Source of the DNA: a virus
Taxonomy: Duplodnaviria; Heunggongvirae; Uroviricota; Caudoviricetes
DNA: 18,490 nt
Strand: one strand, 5' to 3'
Virus record (IMG/VR): IMGVR_UViG_2563366965_000003
Span: 1-18,490 of that record
The position numbers and the translations under genes were made by a program. A model generated the notes under the pieces. The model worked only from the letters and a program-made list of their open reading frames with translations. It was not told the origin of the DNA and did not search any database. Positions 1 through 8,584 of this stretch are shown here, piece after piece; positions within the stretch are counted from its first letter, which is position 1; each line of letters begins with the position of its first letter.

Positions 1-204
1 CTAAATCAGTAAGTTGGCAGCATCACCATCTACGCCTTCCCTGAAAAATAGTTTCCCAGCCACTCCACATTTACTTGAAGGGCAGGTATGTCTTTCCGTT
101 CGATCAACAACAACCCAAAGTCTTGATTCATTTTTTGCCATTGCCGATGGTATTTGAGATGAGACAATTAACGTAAGCCCTAAAATTAGTATTGATTTTT
201 TCAT
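1..204 (-). CDS. small secreted protein of unknown function (prophage accessory gene)
   Basis: 67-aa ORF with stop at 1-3; N-terminus MKKSILILGLTLIVSSQIPSAMA resembles a Sec signal peptide; no family recognised. Confidence 0.4.
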   Translation of the reverse strand: MKKSILILGLTLIVSSQIPSAMAKNESRLWVVVDRTERHTCPSSKCGVAGKLFFREGVDGDAANLLI

Positions 205-502
205 TGTAATTTCCTTTTACTTTTTACAAAGCGTTTAATCATGGCTGATTATCTTTAAGCGTAGTAACAGCCTTGTGCGAAACATGTTACCAAATCGCCA
301 TTTCAGTGTATCCGCAGTTAGGCTGCCACTTCAAGGATTCCTAATTACATGGTACGTAAGCGTAAAATCCCGTTGGTTGTCGGGTAATAACTCTGATCAA
401 ATCTCCCTTGTCTTTTGCTCTTACGTATGCAGCTCTTGTGTATTCAACCCAGGCCTCCAGTTCAGCAATACGCTTACTTCCATCCGAGATAACACCTTCT
501 AC

Positions 503-754
503 TCACGCTGCTCGTTGAGTTTTGATTTTTGCTGTCTCCAGCTCAACACGCAGTTTCCTCACCGTTAGCGCAATATCCTCGTTCTCCTGGTCGCGGCGTT
601 TGATGTACTGCTGGTTTCTTTCCCGTTCATCCAGCAGTGTCAGCACAATCGATGGTGTTACCAGCTCATGGAAAAGGTCCGCGTCAAATCCCCAGTTGTC
701 ATGCATTGCCTGCTCTGCCGCTTCACGCAGTGCCTGAGAGTGAATTACGCTCAC
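503..754 (-). CDS. hypothetical phage early-left protein
   Basis: 83-aa ORF; start overlaps stop of upstream minus-strand gene by 4 nt (751-754), consistent with operon coupling; charged, helical-looking sequence; no family recognised. Confidence 0.45.
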   Translation of the reverse strand: MSVIHSQALREAAEQAMHDNWGFDADLFHELVTPSIVLTLLDERERNQQYIKRRDQENEDIALTVRKLRVELETAKIKTQRAA

Positions 755-972
755 TTCGAACCTCTCTGTTTACTGATAAGTTCCAGATCCTCCTGGCAAC
801 TTGCACAAGTCCGACAACCCTGAACGGCCAGGCGTCTTCGTTCATCTATCGGATCGCCACACTCACAACAATGAGTGGCAGATATAGCCTGGTGGTTCAG
901 GCGGCGCATTTTTATTGCTGTGTTGCGCTGTAATTCTTCAATTTCTGATGCTGAATCAATGATGTCTGCCAT
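751..972 (-). CDS. TraR/DksA-family C4 zinc-finger protein (lambda Orf73-like)
   Basis: 73 aa; C-terminal CxxC-(17)-CxxC motif (CCECGDPIDERRRLAVQGCRTCASC) typical of TraR/DksA zinc fingers; same length and position class as lambda orf73 (from memory). Confidence 0.7.
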   Translation of the reverse strand: MADIIDSASEIEELQRNTAIKMRRLNHQAISATHCCECGDPIDERRRLAVQGCRTCASCQEDLELISKQRGSK

Positions 973-1021
973 CTTTCATTAATCCCTGAATTGTTGGTTA
1001 ATACGCTTGAGGGTGAATGCG

Positions 1022-1048
1022 AATAATAAAAAAGGAGCCTGTAGCTCC
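1022..1048 (-). terminator. putative intrinsic terminator (minus strand) in early-left operon
   Basis: GGAGC/GCTCC 5-bp stem (1034-1038 / 1044-1048) followed on the minus strand by TTTTTTATTATT (plus-strand A-run 1022-1033). Confidence 0.35.
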
Positions 1049-1070
1049 CTGATGATTTTGCTTTTCATGT

Positions 1071-1352
1071 TCACCGTTCCTTAAAAACGCCGTTTAACAT
1101 GCCGATTGCTAGACTTAAATGAGTCGGTGTGAATCCCATCAGCGTTACCGTTTCGCGGTGCTTCTTCAGTACGCTACGGCAAATGTCATCGACGTTTTTA
1201 TCCGGAAACTGCTGTCTGGCTTTTTTGATTTCAGAATTAGCCTGACGGGCAATGCTGCGAAGGGCGTTTTCCTGCTGAGGTGTCACTGAACAAGCCCCAT
1301 GTCGGCAAGCATAAGCACACAGAATATGAAGCCCGCTGCCAGAAAAATGCAT
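1071..1352 (-). CDS. hypothetical phage protein
   Basis: 93-aa ORF between orf63-like and Orf73-like genes, same strand; true start uncertain; no family recognised. Confidence 0.4.
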   Translation of the reverse strand: MHFSGSGLHILCAYACRHGACSVTPQQENALRSIARQANSEIKKARQQFPDKNVDDICRSVLKKHRETVTLMGFTPTHLSLAIGMLNGVFKER

Positions 1353-1362
1353 TCAGTGGTTG

Positions 1363-1554
1363 TCATACCTGGTCTCTCTCATCTGCTTCTGCTTTCGCCA
1401 CCATCATTTCCAGTTTTTGTGAAAGGGATGTGGCTAACGTATGAAATTCTTCGTCTGTTTCTACTGGTATTGGCACAAACCTGATTCCAATTTGAGCAAG
1501 GCTATGTGCCATCTCGATACTCGTTCTTAACTCAACAGGAGATGCTTTGTGCAT
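1363..1554 (-). CDS. lambda orf63-like small protein
   Basis: 63 aa; overlaps downstream orf60a-like ORF by 28 nt, the overlap I recall for lambda orf63/orf60a; sits immediately downstream of exo as in lambda. Confidence 0.55.
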   Translation of the reverse strand: MHKASPVELRTSIEMAHSLAQIGIRFVPIPVETDEEFHTLATSLSQKLEMMVAKAEADERDQV

Positions 1555-1709
1555 ACAGCCCCTCGTTTATTATTTATCTCCTCAGCCAGCCGCTGTGCTT
1601 TCAGTGGATTTCGGATAACAGAAAGGCCGGGAAATACCCAGCCTCGCTTTGTAACGGAGTAGACGAAAGTGATTGCGCCTACCCGGATATTATCGTGAGG
1701 ATGCGTCAT
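1527..1709 (-). CDS. lambda orf60a-like small protein
   Basis: 60 aa from the second Met of the listed ORF ([14 protein letters not shown]...); ATG overlaps exo TGA stop as ATGA; position matches lambda orf60a. Confidence 0.55.
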   Translation of the reverse strand: MTHPHDNIRVGAITFVYSVTKRGWVFPGLSVIRNPLKAQRLAEEINNKRGAVCTKHLLLS

Positions 1710-2386
1710 CGCCATTGCTCCCCAAATACAAAACCAATTTCAGCCAGTGCCTCGTCCATTTTTTCGATGAACACCGGCACCATCTCGTCAAAACTCGCCA
1801 TGTACTTTTCATCCCGCTCAACCACGACATAATGCGGTCCTTCACGCTTCATACGCGGGTCATAGTTGGCAAAGTACCAGGCATCTTTTCGTGTCACCCA
1901 CATGCTGTACTGCACCTGGGCCATGTAAGCCGACTTTATGGCCTCGAAACCACCGAGCCGGAACTTCATGAAATCCCGGGAGGTAAACGGGCATTTCAGC
2001 TCAAGGCCATTGCCGTCACTGCATAAACCATCGGGAGAGCAGGCGGTGCGCATACTTTCGTCGCGATAGATGATCGGGGATTCAGTAACATTCACGCCGG
2101 AAGTGAATTCAAACAGGGTTCTGGCGTCGTTCTCGTACTGTTTTCCCCATGCCAGCGCCTTAGCATTAACTTCCGGAGCCACACCGGTGCAAACCTCAGC
2201 CAGCAGGGTGTGGAAGTAGGACATTTTCATGTCAGGCCACTTCTTTCCTGAGCGGGGCTTGGCTATCACGTTGTGAACTTCTGAAGCGGTGATGACGCCG
2301 AGCCGTAATTTGTGCCATGCATCATCCCCCTGTTCGACAGCTCTCACGTCGATCCCGGTACGCTGCAGGATAATGTCCGGTGTCAT
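1706..2386 (-). CDS. exo: lambda exonuclease (Red-alpha), intact
   Basis: 226 aa, essentially identical to lambda Exo as I recall it ([65 protein letters not shown]...). Confidence 0.95.
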   Translation of the reverse strand: MTPDIILQRTGIDVRAVEQGDDAWHKLRLGVITASEVHNVIAKPRSGKKWPDMKMSYFHTLLAEVCTGVAPEVNAKALAWGKQYENDARTLFEFTSGVNVTESPIIYRDESMRTACSPDGLCSDGNGLELKCPFTSRDFMKFRLGGFEAIKSAYMAQVQYSMWVTRKDAWYFANYDPRMKREGPHYVVVERDEKYMASFDEMVPVFIEKMDEALAEIGFVFGEQWR

Positions 2387-2829
2387 GCTGCCACCTTCTG
2401 CTCAGTGGCTTTCTGTTTCAGGAATCCAAGAGCTTTCACTGCTTCGGCCTGTGTCAGTTCTGACGATGCGCGAATGTCGCGGCGAAATATCTGGGAACAG
2501 AGCGGCAATAAGTCGTCATCCCATGTTTTGTCCAGGGCAATCAGCAGAGTGTTAATCTCCTGCATGGTTTCATCGTTAACCGGAGTAATGTCGCGTTCCG
2601 GCTGACGTTCTGCGGTGTATGCGGTATTTTCGACAATGCGCTCGGCTTCATCCTTGTCATAGATACCAGCAAATCCGAAGGCCAGACGGGCACACTGAAT
2701 CATGGCTTTATGCCGTAACATCCGTTTGGGATGCGACTGCCACGGCCCCGTAATTTCTCTGCCTTCGCGGGTTTTGAATGGTTCGCGGCGGCATTCATCC
2801 ATCCACTCGGTAACGCAGATCGGATGATT
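2383..2829 (-). pseudogene. bet: 5'-truncated bet (Red-beta) remnant; only about the C-terminal 149 codons remain
   Basis: Translation from 2829 downward matches the lambda Bet C-terminal half (..NHPICVTEWMDECRREPFKTREGREITGPWQSHPKRMLRHKAMIQCARLAFGFAGIYDKDEAERIVEN..); similarity stops at about 2830 and an in-frame stop lies at 2839-2841; N-terminal annealing domain absent. Confidence 0.85.
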
Positions 2830-2988
2830 ACCGGTTCGCTACCAGGGAAGAACGGGAAGGAAAGGTGAGCACGAATCTGATTTTCAAGGAGTGTCGCCAG
2901 AGTGCCGCGATGAAGCGGGTGTTGGCATTTTATCGCGGCAATTTTCAATAGACTATGTACATAAAAATATCATTTTTTTAATACATGT

Positions 2989-3180
2989 CTAATTATTGGA
3001 CGAAATTGGTTTTTGCTTTGGTTTAGTTAGCCTAGCAATCAAGCCAGAGGCAATAATGATGATCCAAGCAATTTGATGCAATGCTACTCCAATATAAGAA
3101 CCTTTATAGATAATAAAGGCATAGATCGCTAGAAACGAAATAAATATCCATAACGAAAGTTGATAAATTTTGGCGCGCAT
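2989..3180 (-). CDS. small two-helix hydrophobic membrane protein
   Basis: 63 aa from ATG at 3180 (MRAKIYQLSLWIFISFLAIYAFIIYKGSYIGVALHQIAWIIIIASGLIARL...); two hydrophobic stretches; AT-rich; divergent from the lipoprotein operon. Confidence 0.35.
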   Translation of the reverse strand: MRAKIYQLSLWIFISFLAIYAFIIYKGSYIGVALHQIAWIIIIASGLIARLTKPKQKPISSNN

Positions 3181-3436
3181 ATTTAATCCAATCAATCAGA
3201 AAGACGAGTAATCATAGAGGTACTATCACCCGGGTAACTATTGCTATTATGAACGGATAGGATAGAGGCTTCAATAACATATGCATCAAGTATGATGGAA
3301 TATGTAGGTGAAAATGACTTGTGTCAAATTTGTGGAAATGAGTACCATGTTTCTCTGAAATTGATGTCGTTAATGGCTAGTGATAGTGAACTTTTTTACT
3401 TTATAATTCCTTTGGTTATAACAATAAGGTAAATTT

Positions 3437-3997
3437 ATGAAGAAGATAATATTATTAGCCATGATTATTGGTTCTTTAACAGGTTGCGCTAGTGTGCCAC
3501 CATTGAATTTTTCAACACCTAACGTGGGAGTTAGCCAGAAAAAAATAGATGCTGAAATTAAGTCATTAACGGTATCACTTGCTCGTCCAGATGAGCAGAA
3601 AGGGGATATCACTGCTGGTATGGAGGCTATAACTCCAATTTGGCGTGAATCTTTGCAGGAAGCACTCGACCGAATGACTATTTTTCGTGATAGTTCACCA
3701 AATACGGTTAGCTTAAATGTTAAAGTGTTGGCTCTTGACGTTCCTGCTTTTGGTGTTTCAATGACAACTAAAGCAATTGCAAGGTATGAAATAATCAACC
3801 GTGCGAATGGTGATATTATATATACGCAGGATATTGAGTCTACCGGTACTGTTCCAGCCAGTTACGCATTCTACGGTATTGTTCGAGCACGCGAATCTGT
3901 TAATCGCGCGGTGCAAAACAACATAACGCAGTTCTTGCAAGCATTAGAAAGTGTTGATCTTTCTCGTCCAATGTTTCCTGTTAGGGTAGCTAAATGA
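3437..3997 (+). CDS. lipoprotein of unknown function, likely outer-membrane targeted
   Basis: 186 aa; signal peptide plus lipobox MKKIILLAMIIGSLTG-C (Cys17, +2 Ala); stop overlaps next gene start (ATGA); faint pattern resemblance to YajG-type lipoproteins, from memory only. Confidence 0.7.
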   Translation: MKKIILLAMIIGSLTGCASVPPLNFSTPNVGVSQKKIDAEIKSLTVSLARPDEQKGDITAGMEAITPIWRESLQEALDRMTIFRDSSPNTVSLNVKVLALDVPAFGVSMTTKAIARYEIINRANGDIIYTQDIESTGTVPASYAFYGIVRARESVNRAVQNNITQFLQALESVDLSRPMFPVRVAK

Positions 3998-4446
3998 AGC
4001 GATTATTCGTAATTGCTCCACTCTTAGTGTTGGTTGGATGCGCACAAAATATATCGCCAAATAGTTATTCTGTTGGCTCTGTGGGCATGGTTAATCGAAC
4101 TATCGCTGGTACAGTTATTAGTGCTAGGGGGGTTGATATCAGTGGGACTTCCGCGTTAGGCGGGACTGCTGGGGCTGCCGTGGGGGCAACCGCTGGTTCT
4201 GCGCTTGGTGGGGGAGTTCGTTCTAATATCGTTGGTGCCGTTGGTGGTGCAGTCATTGGTGGTATTGCCGGGGCAGCAATCGAATCTTCAGCAACAAAAC
4301 AAACAGGCATGGAATATGTTGTCGAAACTGAGAATGGGAATTTAATGACCATTGTTCAAGGCAAAGATCCGTTATTTACTCAAGGAAGTAAGGTCCTTGT
4401 TTTATACGGAAACCCTTCTCGCATAATAACAGACCCGCGTCACTAA
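3994..4446 (+). CDS. SlyB-like glycine-zipper outer-membrane lipoprotein (PCP / 17-kDa-antigen family)
   Basis: 150 aa; lipobox LLVLVG-C (Cys16); long Gly/Ala-rich zipper GTSALGGTAGAAVGATAGSALGGGVRSNIVGAVGGAVIGGIAGAAI followed by a beta-rich C-terminal domain; overall architecture parallels E. coli SlyB. Confidence 0.75.
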   Translation: MKRLFVIAPLLVLVGCAQNISPNSYSVGSVGMVNRTIAGTVISARGVDISGTSALGGTAGAAVGATAGSALGGGVRSNIVGAVGGAVIGGIAGAAIESSATKQTGMEYVVETENGNLMTIVQGKDPLFTQGSKVLVLYGNPSRIITDPRH

Positions 4447-4636
4447 CATACCTTTTGATTTTGTAAAATCAATTCGTAATAATAAAGTCATCGGAGCTTG
4501 AACAACTCCGGTGACTTCTGCGCTAAACGGGGACGTTTATGCGCACATACAATCCAAACTCTCTTCTCCCTTCACAGATGCAGAAATGCACCTGCGATTT
4601 TTTGCATCCAGCGTCTGACCTCTGCGGAGGTGAAGC

Positions 4637-5092
4637 GTGAACCTACCACAAGATGGCATCAAACTGCATCGCGGTAACTTCACCGCTATCGGCCAGCAGA
4701 TCCAGCCTTATCTGGAGGACGGAAAATGCTTTCGCATGGTGCTTAAACCGTGGCGTGAGAAACGCAGTCTTTCCCAGAATGCACTCAGCCACATGTGGTA
4801 CAGCGAAATCAGTGAATACCTCATCAGCAGGGGGAAATCGTTCGCTACCGCAGCATGGGTAAAAGATGCTCTCAAACACACATACCTCGGTTATGAAACC
4901 AAGGACCTGGTTGATGTCGTAACCGGCGAAATCACTACTATCCAGTCGTTACGCCATACCTCCGATCTTGATACCGGAGAGATGTATATCTTCCTGTGTA
5001 AGGTTGAAGCCTGGGCGGTGAATATTGGCTGCCACCTGACTATTCCGCAGAGCTGCGAGTTCCAGCAGCTCCGCGACAAACAGGAGGCGTAA
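4637..5092 (+). CDS. ninB: NinB-family recombination protein (DLP12 YbcN-like)
   Basis: 151 aa; GTG start after GGAGG; conserved NinB core ([21 protein letters not shown]); first gene of a coupled nin cluster. Confidence 0.8.
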   Translation: MNLPQDGIKLHRGNFTAIGQQIQPYLEDGKCFRMVLKPWREKRSLSQNALSHMWYSEISEYLISRGKSFATAAWVKDALKHTYLGYETKDLVDVVTGEITTIQSLRHTSDLDTGEMYIFLCKVEAWAVNIGCHLTIPQSCEFQQLRDKQEA

Positions 5093-5262
5093 TGGCTACA
5101 CCGCTTATTCGTGTCATGAACGGACACATCTACAGAGTACCAAATCGTCGTAAGCGTAAACCGGAGCTGAAGCCTTCCGAAATACCAACACTGTTCGGAT
5201 ATACCGCCAGCCTGGTTGATAAAAAATGGTTGCGACTGGCAGCAAGGAGGAGTCATGGCTGA
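5092..5262 (+). CDS. ninE: NinE-like small protein
   Basis: 56-codon ORF read by hand ([56 protein letters not shown]); ATG overlaps ninB stop (TAATG); below the ORF-track length cutoff. Confidence 0.6.
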   Translation: MATPLIRVMNGHIYRVPNRRKRKPELKPSEIPTLFGYTASLVDKKWLRLAARRSHG

Positions 5263-5545
5263 TTTGAGAAAAGCAGCGCGTGGTCGGGAATGCCAGGTAA
5301 GAATCCCTGGCGTATGTAATGGCAACCCTGAAACGTCTGTACTGGCACATATCCGGCTGACTGGATTGTGCGGCACCGGTACGAAACCGCCAGACCTGAT
5401 TGCCACCATTGCATGTTCTGCCTGCCACGACGAAATCGACCGCCGCACACATTTTGTCGATGCTGCATATGCAAAAGAATGCGCGCTGGAAGGTATGGCG
5501 AGAACACAGGTTATCTGGCTGAAAGAGGGGGTTATTAAGGCGTGA
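5255..5545 (+). CDS. DUF1364-type Cys-rich nin-region protein (DLP12 YbcO-like)
   Basis: 96 aa from ATG at 5255 preceded by AGGAGG; Cys-rich ([11 protein letters not shown]...CSACHDEID); overlaps ninE and rusA. Confidence 0.7.
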   Translation: MADLRKAARGRECQVRIPGVCNGNPETSVLAHIRLTGLCGTGTKPPDLIATIACSACHDEIDRRTHFVDAAYAKECALEGMARTQVIWLKEGVIKA

Positions 5546-5904
5546 ATACCTACAGCATCACATTACCCTGGCCTCCGAGCAATAATCGCTATTACCGCCA
5601 TAATCGCGGGCGCACACACATCAGCGCAGAAGGGCAGGCATACCGCGATAACGTCACCCGAATCATTAAAAACGCAATGCTGGATATCGGCCTGGCTATG
5701 CCAGTGAAAATCCGTATTGAGTGCCACATGCCGGATCGCCGTCGCCGTGACCTGGATAATCTGCAAAAAGCCGCTTTTGACGCACTCACCAAAGCAGGTT
5801 TCTGGCTGGATGATGCTCAGGTCGTTGATTACCGCGTTGTGAAGATGCCTGTTACCAAAGGTGGGAGGCTGGAACTGACCATCACCGAAATGGGGAATGA
5901 ATGA
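5542..5904 (+). CDS. rusA: RusA Holliday-junction resolvase
   Basis: 120 aa matching E. coli RusA nearly throughout ([26 protein letters not shown]...[31 protein letters not shown]). Confidence 0.9.
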   Translation: MNTYSITLPWPPSNNRYYRHNRGRTHISAEGQAYRDNVTRIIKNAMLDIGLAMPVKIRIECHMPDRRRRDLDNLQKAAFDALTKAGFWLDDAQVVDYRVVKMPVTKGGRLELTITEMGNE

Positions 5905-6041
5905 TGTTTGAGTTTAATATGGCAGAACTTCTTCGCCACCGCTGGATGCGCCTGCGCTTATATCGTTTCCCCAGTTCTGTTTTGACCGATTACCGAATAC
6001 TGAGGAATTACGCCAAAACCCTGACAGGAGCAGGAGTATGA
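5901..6041 (+). CDS. ylcG: YlcG-like small protein
   Basis: 46-codon ORF ([46 protein letters not shown]); ATG overlaps rusA stop (ATGA); same position as ylcG in DLP12. Confidence 0.5.
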   Translation: MMFEFNMAELLRHRWMRLRLYRFPSSVLTDYRILRNYAKTLTGAGV

Positions 6042-6126
6042 AGTCAGAGATAACAATCAACTAATACTGTTTTATTGATTTTTGCTTGTAATTGGCGTTC
6101 TGGTCTGATTTTTGTGGAGTAAGTTG

Positions 6127-6510
6127 ATGCGTGATATTCAGATGGTTCTTGAGCGTTGGGGAGCGTGGGCGGCTAATAATCATGAAGATGTGACCTGGTC
6201 GTCCATTGCCGCCGGTTTTAAGGGATTAATTACTTCAAAAGTAAAATCTCGCCCGCAATGTTGTGACGATGACGCGATGATCATTTGCGGGTGCATGGCC
6301 CGTCTGAAAAAGAACAACAGCGATTTGCACGATTTATTAGTAGATTATTATGTAGTCGGTATGACATTCATGTCACTGGCAGGTAAGCATTGCTGCTCTG
6401 ATGGTTATATCGGGAAAAGGTTACAGAAGGCTGAGGGTATAATTGAAGGGATGTTAATGGCATTAGATATCCGGTTAGAGATGGATATCGTTGTTAATAA
6501 CTCTAATTAA
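6127..6510 (+). CDS. quuD: late-gene antiterminator Q (DLP12 QuuD-like)
   Basis: 127 aa from ATG at 6127 with GGAG 7 nt upstream (ORF track starts at TTG 6112); Cys-rich zinc-binding region ([13 protein letters not shown]...HCCSDG); directly follows rusA/ylcG as in lambdoid late-control modules. Confidence 0.75.
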   Translation: MRDIQMVLERWGAWAANNHEDVTWSSIAAGFKGLITSKVKSRPQCCDDDAMIICGCMARLKKNNSDLHDLLVDYYVVGMTFMSLAGKHCCSDGYIGKRLQKAEGIIEGMLMALDIRLEMDIVVNNSN

Positions 6511-6542
6511 TATGCCAATTGTTTACTAAAAATTATTAAAAA

Positions 6543-6560
6543 TGGGGCGTTGAGACGCCC
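6543..6560 (-). terminator. stem-loop; probable intrinsic terminator for the convergent porin gene
   Basis: GGGGCGT/ACGCCCC 7-bp stem; on the minus strand followed by ATTTTTAATAATTTTT; two further hairpins at 6628-6649 and 6650-6683 lie between Q and the porin stop. Confidence 0.4.
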
Positions 6561-6698
6561 CCAAAAATAAAGGGTAATATATAACAGAAGGTTTATATAG
6601 TTAGAAGCAAGGTTGTGCTCCTAAAGGAAGTGGCTTGAGGGAGCCACTTATATGTTGGGGAGGCAAAGCCTCCCGCAACATATCTTTTAGTAATCAAA

Positions 6699-7781
6699 TT
6701 AGAACTGGTAAACCATACCTACAGCAACGATATCATCGGTAGCAACGCCAGATGCTTTCGTGAAATCGCTCTTATCAATCAGGTTGATTTTGTAATCAAC
6801 AAAAGTGGACATATTTTTGTTGAAGTAATAGGTTGCACCTACATCAATATATTCAACCAGGTCCTGATCACCCCACGCACCCAAGTCTTTTCCTTTAGAT
6901 TGCAGGTAAGCAACGGACGGACGCAGACCGAAGTCGAACTGATATTGTGCAACTACTTCGAAGTTTTGTGCTTTGTTGGCAATATGGTTATTACCAAAAA
7001 CAGTCATGTTCTGGGTTTCAGAATAGGTGGTAGCCAGATAGATGTTGTTCGCATCATATTTCAGACCAGCTGCCCATACTTCAGCATTTTGACCAGATGC
7101 ATTCAGGCTGTTGTTACCGTAGATAACCTGATTATTAGTGCGGTCAGATTTAGCATAGGTTGCACCTACACCGAATCCTTCATACTCATAAGTAGTGGAG
7201 AAACCGAAACCATCACCATTAGCTTCAGTTACGTCAGTGCGGTCATTTTTACCCTGATACTGAGCAGCAAAGTTCAGACCATCAACCAGACCAAAGAAGT
7301 CATTGTTACGATAAGTTGCAACACCTGTGGTGCGACCAGTCATGAATACATCTGTTTGGGTCCAGGTATCGCCACCGAATTCTGGCAGAACGTCGGTCCA
7401 TGCACCAATATCGTATGCTACACCGTAGTTACGGCCATAATCGATGGAGCCGTAGTCACCGAATTTCAGGCCAGCGAAGGCAAGACGGGTTTTATCTTTG
7501 GAGGAACCTTGAGATTCAGCGCGGTTGCCTTTGAATTCATATTCCCACTGACCGAAACCAGTCAGTTGATCGTTGATTTGGGTTTCACCTTTGAAGCCAA
7601 GACGGGCATAAGTAGTATCACCATCATCTGCATCATTAGAGGAGAAGTAGTGCTTAGCATTAACTTTCCCGTACAGATCCAGCTTGTTACTGTCTTTATT
7701 ATAAATTTCAGCTGCCTGAGCAGACATCGCCATCAGTACTGATGCAGCTACAGCAGAAATTGCCACTGTTAATTTTTTCAT
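6699..7781 (-). CDS. nmpC: general porin, OmpC/NmpC/Lc family (prophage lysogenic-conversion porin), apparently intact
   Basis: 360 aa from ATG at 7781 ([23 protein letters not shown] signal peptide, AEIYNKD mature start, C-terminal ...VGMVYQF); sits between Q and the lysis cassette as nmpC does in DLP12 and lc in PA-2. Confidence 0.85.
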   Translation of the reverse strand: MKKLTVAISAVAASVLMAMSAQAAEIYNKDSNKLDLYGKVNAKHYFSSNDADDGDTTYARLGFKGETQINDQLTGFGQWEYEFKGNRAESQGSSKDKTRLAFAGLKFGDYGSIDYGRNYGVAYDIGAWTDVLPEFGGDTWTQTDVFMTGRTTGVATYRNNDFFGLVDGLNFAAQYQGKNDRTDVTEANGDGFGFSTTYEYEGFGVGATYAKSDRTNNQVIYGNNSLNASGQNAEVWAAGLKYDANNIYLATTYSETQNMTVFGNNHIANKAQNFEVVAQYQFDFGLRPSVAYLQSKGKDLGAWGDQDLVEYIDVGATYYFNKNMSTFVDYKINLIDKSDFTKASGVATDDIVAVGMVYQF

Positions 7782-8207
7782 CGTGAGCCCTTTTTTTGAA
7801 CTATTATTAAAAAATGATGTCACTGCGCGATAAATATTCATCTAATCAATGTGATTATTTCAAGATGTAAGTTTTGGTTTCTCATTTGATTTGTGAAGTA
7901 GATCTCTATTTTTATCTGAACTTTTTCTATCGAATCCTATTCATGGCTCTTGGCTGAATAAAAATAAATCTATTAGCCAATTTATATTAATGGCTGTTAT
8001 TTATGAGTGCTCTATAATTTGAAGATTCAATTTAAACCAGCTAAAAATAACGCTGGAAATTATTTGTTGGTTATTTGTTGAGATTTGCTTATGTATTTGT
8101 AGTGGTGTTTTCAATACTCGGTAGCATTCTCGCAAATATCATTTAGTGGTTTACGTACGTAAAAAATTGGTTATGCTGTTAAGAGTGGTTACTTCGTCAC
8201 ACAGCTT

Positions 8208-8236
8208 AAACCCGCCGTCGAGCGGGTTTTTCCATT
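8208..8236 (+). terminator. intrinsic terminator upstream of the lysis cassette (tR'-like)
   Basis: AAACCCGC cgtcga GCGGGTTTTTCCATTTTTT: GC-rich stem followed by T-runs on the plus strand, about 130 nt upstream of the holin start. Confidence 0.45.
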
Positions 8237-8368
8237 TTTTGAGTCTCGATATTAGCTGATAACCCAATACCTGAGTTATTCACTGACTCCGAGTCTGTTA
8301 CGTTTCTGCTTTTTTGCGATACGTTGTATTCCCTCAATTTACACCCGCTTTGTCTGCGAGGTGGGGTT

Positions 8369-8584
8369 ATGAAATCCATGGATAAGTTAACAACGGGTGT
8401 CGCCTATGGCACCTCAGCAGGTAGTGCCGGTTACTGGTTTTTACAGCTGCTCGATAAAGTCACGCCCTCACAGTGGGCAGCAATAGGTGTGCTGGGTAGC
8501 CTGGTATTTGGCCTGCTGACGTACCTGACAAACCTTTATTTCAAGATTAAAGAAGATAAGCGCAAGGCTGCGAGAGGTGAATAA
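8369..8584 (+). CDS. essD: class II pinholin (phage 21 S21 / DLP12 EssD type) with dual-start motif
   Basis: 71 aa ([26 protein letters not shown]...[15 protein letters not shown]); Met1-Lys-Ser-Met4 dual start; GAGGTGGGG upstream; two TMDs. Confidence 0.85.

Noticed and set aside
1673-2026. 117-aa plus-strand ORF antisense to exo, and 2289-2605 ORFs antisense to exo/bet
   Set aside because: Overlap near-identical lambda exo and bet sequence on the wrong strand; no independent support.
2700-2948. 82-aa minus-strand ORF spanning the bet deletion junction
   Set aside because: Out of frame with the Bet remnant over 2700-2829; most likely a chance open frame created by the junction.
2866-2952. 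28-codon GTG-initiated plus-strand ORF (VSTNLIFKECRQSAAMKRVLAFYRGNFQ) with AAGGA upstream
   Set aside because: Very short, non-ATG start, sits exactly on the deletion scar; nothing recognisable to support it as a gene.
4065-4352. 95-aa Pro/Ala-rich minus-strand ORF
   Set aside because: Antisense reading of the glycine-zipper codons of the SlyB-like lipoprotein gene.
6112-6126. TTG start at 6112 for the Q gene as given in the ORF track
   Set aside because: ATG at 6127 has a better-spaced GGAG and matches the expected 127-aa length; the 5 extra residues are probably not translated.
6900-7742. 280-aa plus-strand ORF antisense to the porin gene
   Set aside because: Entirely inside the porin coding region on the opposite strand, with no start context or recognisable family.
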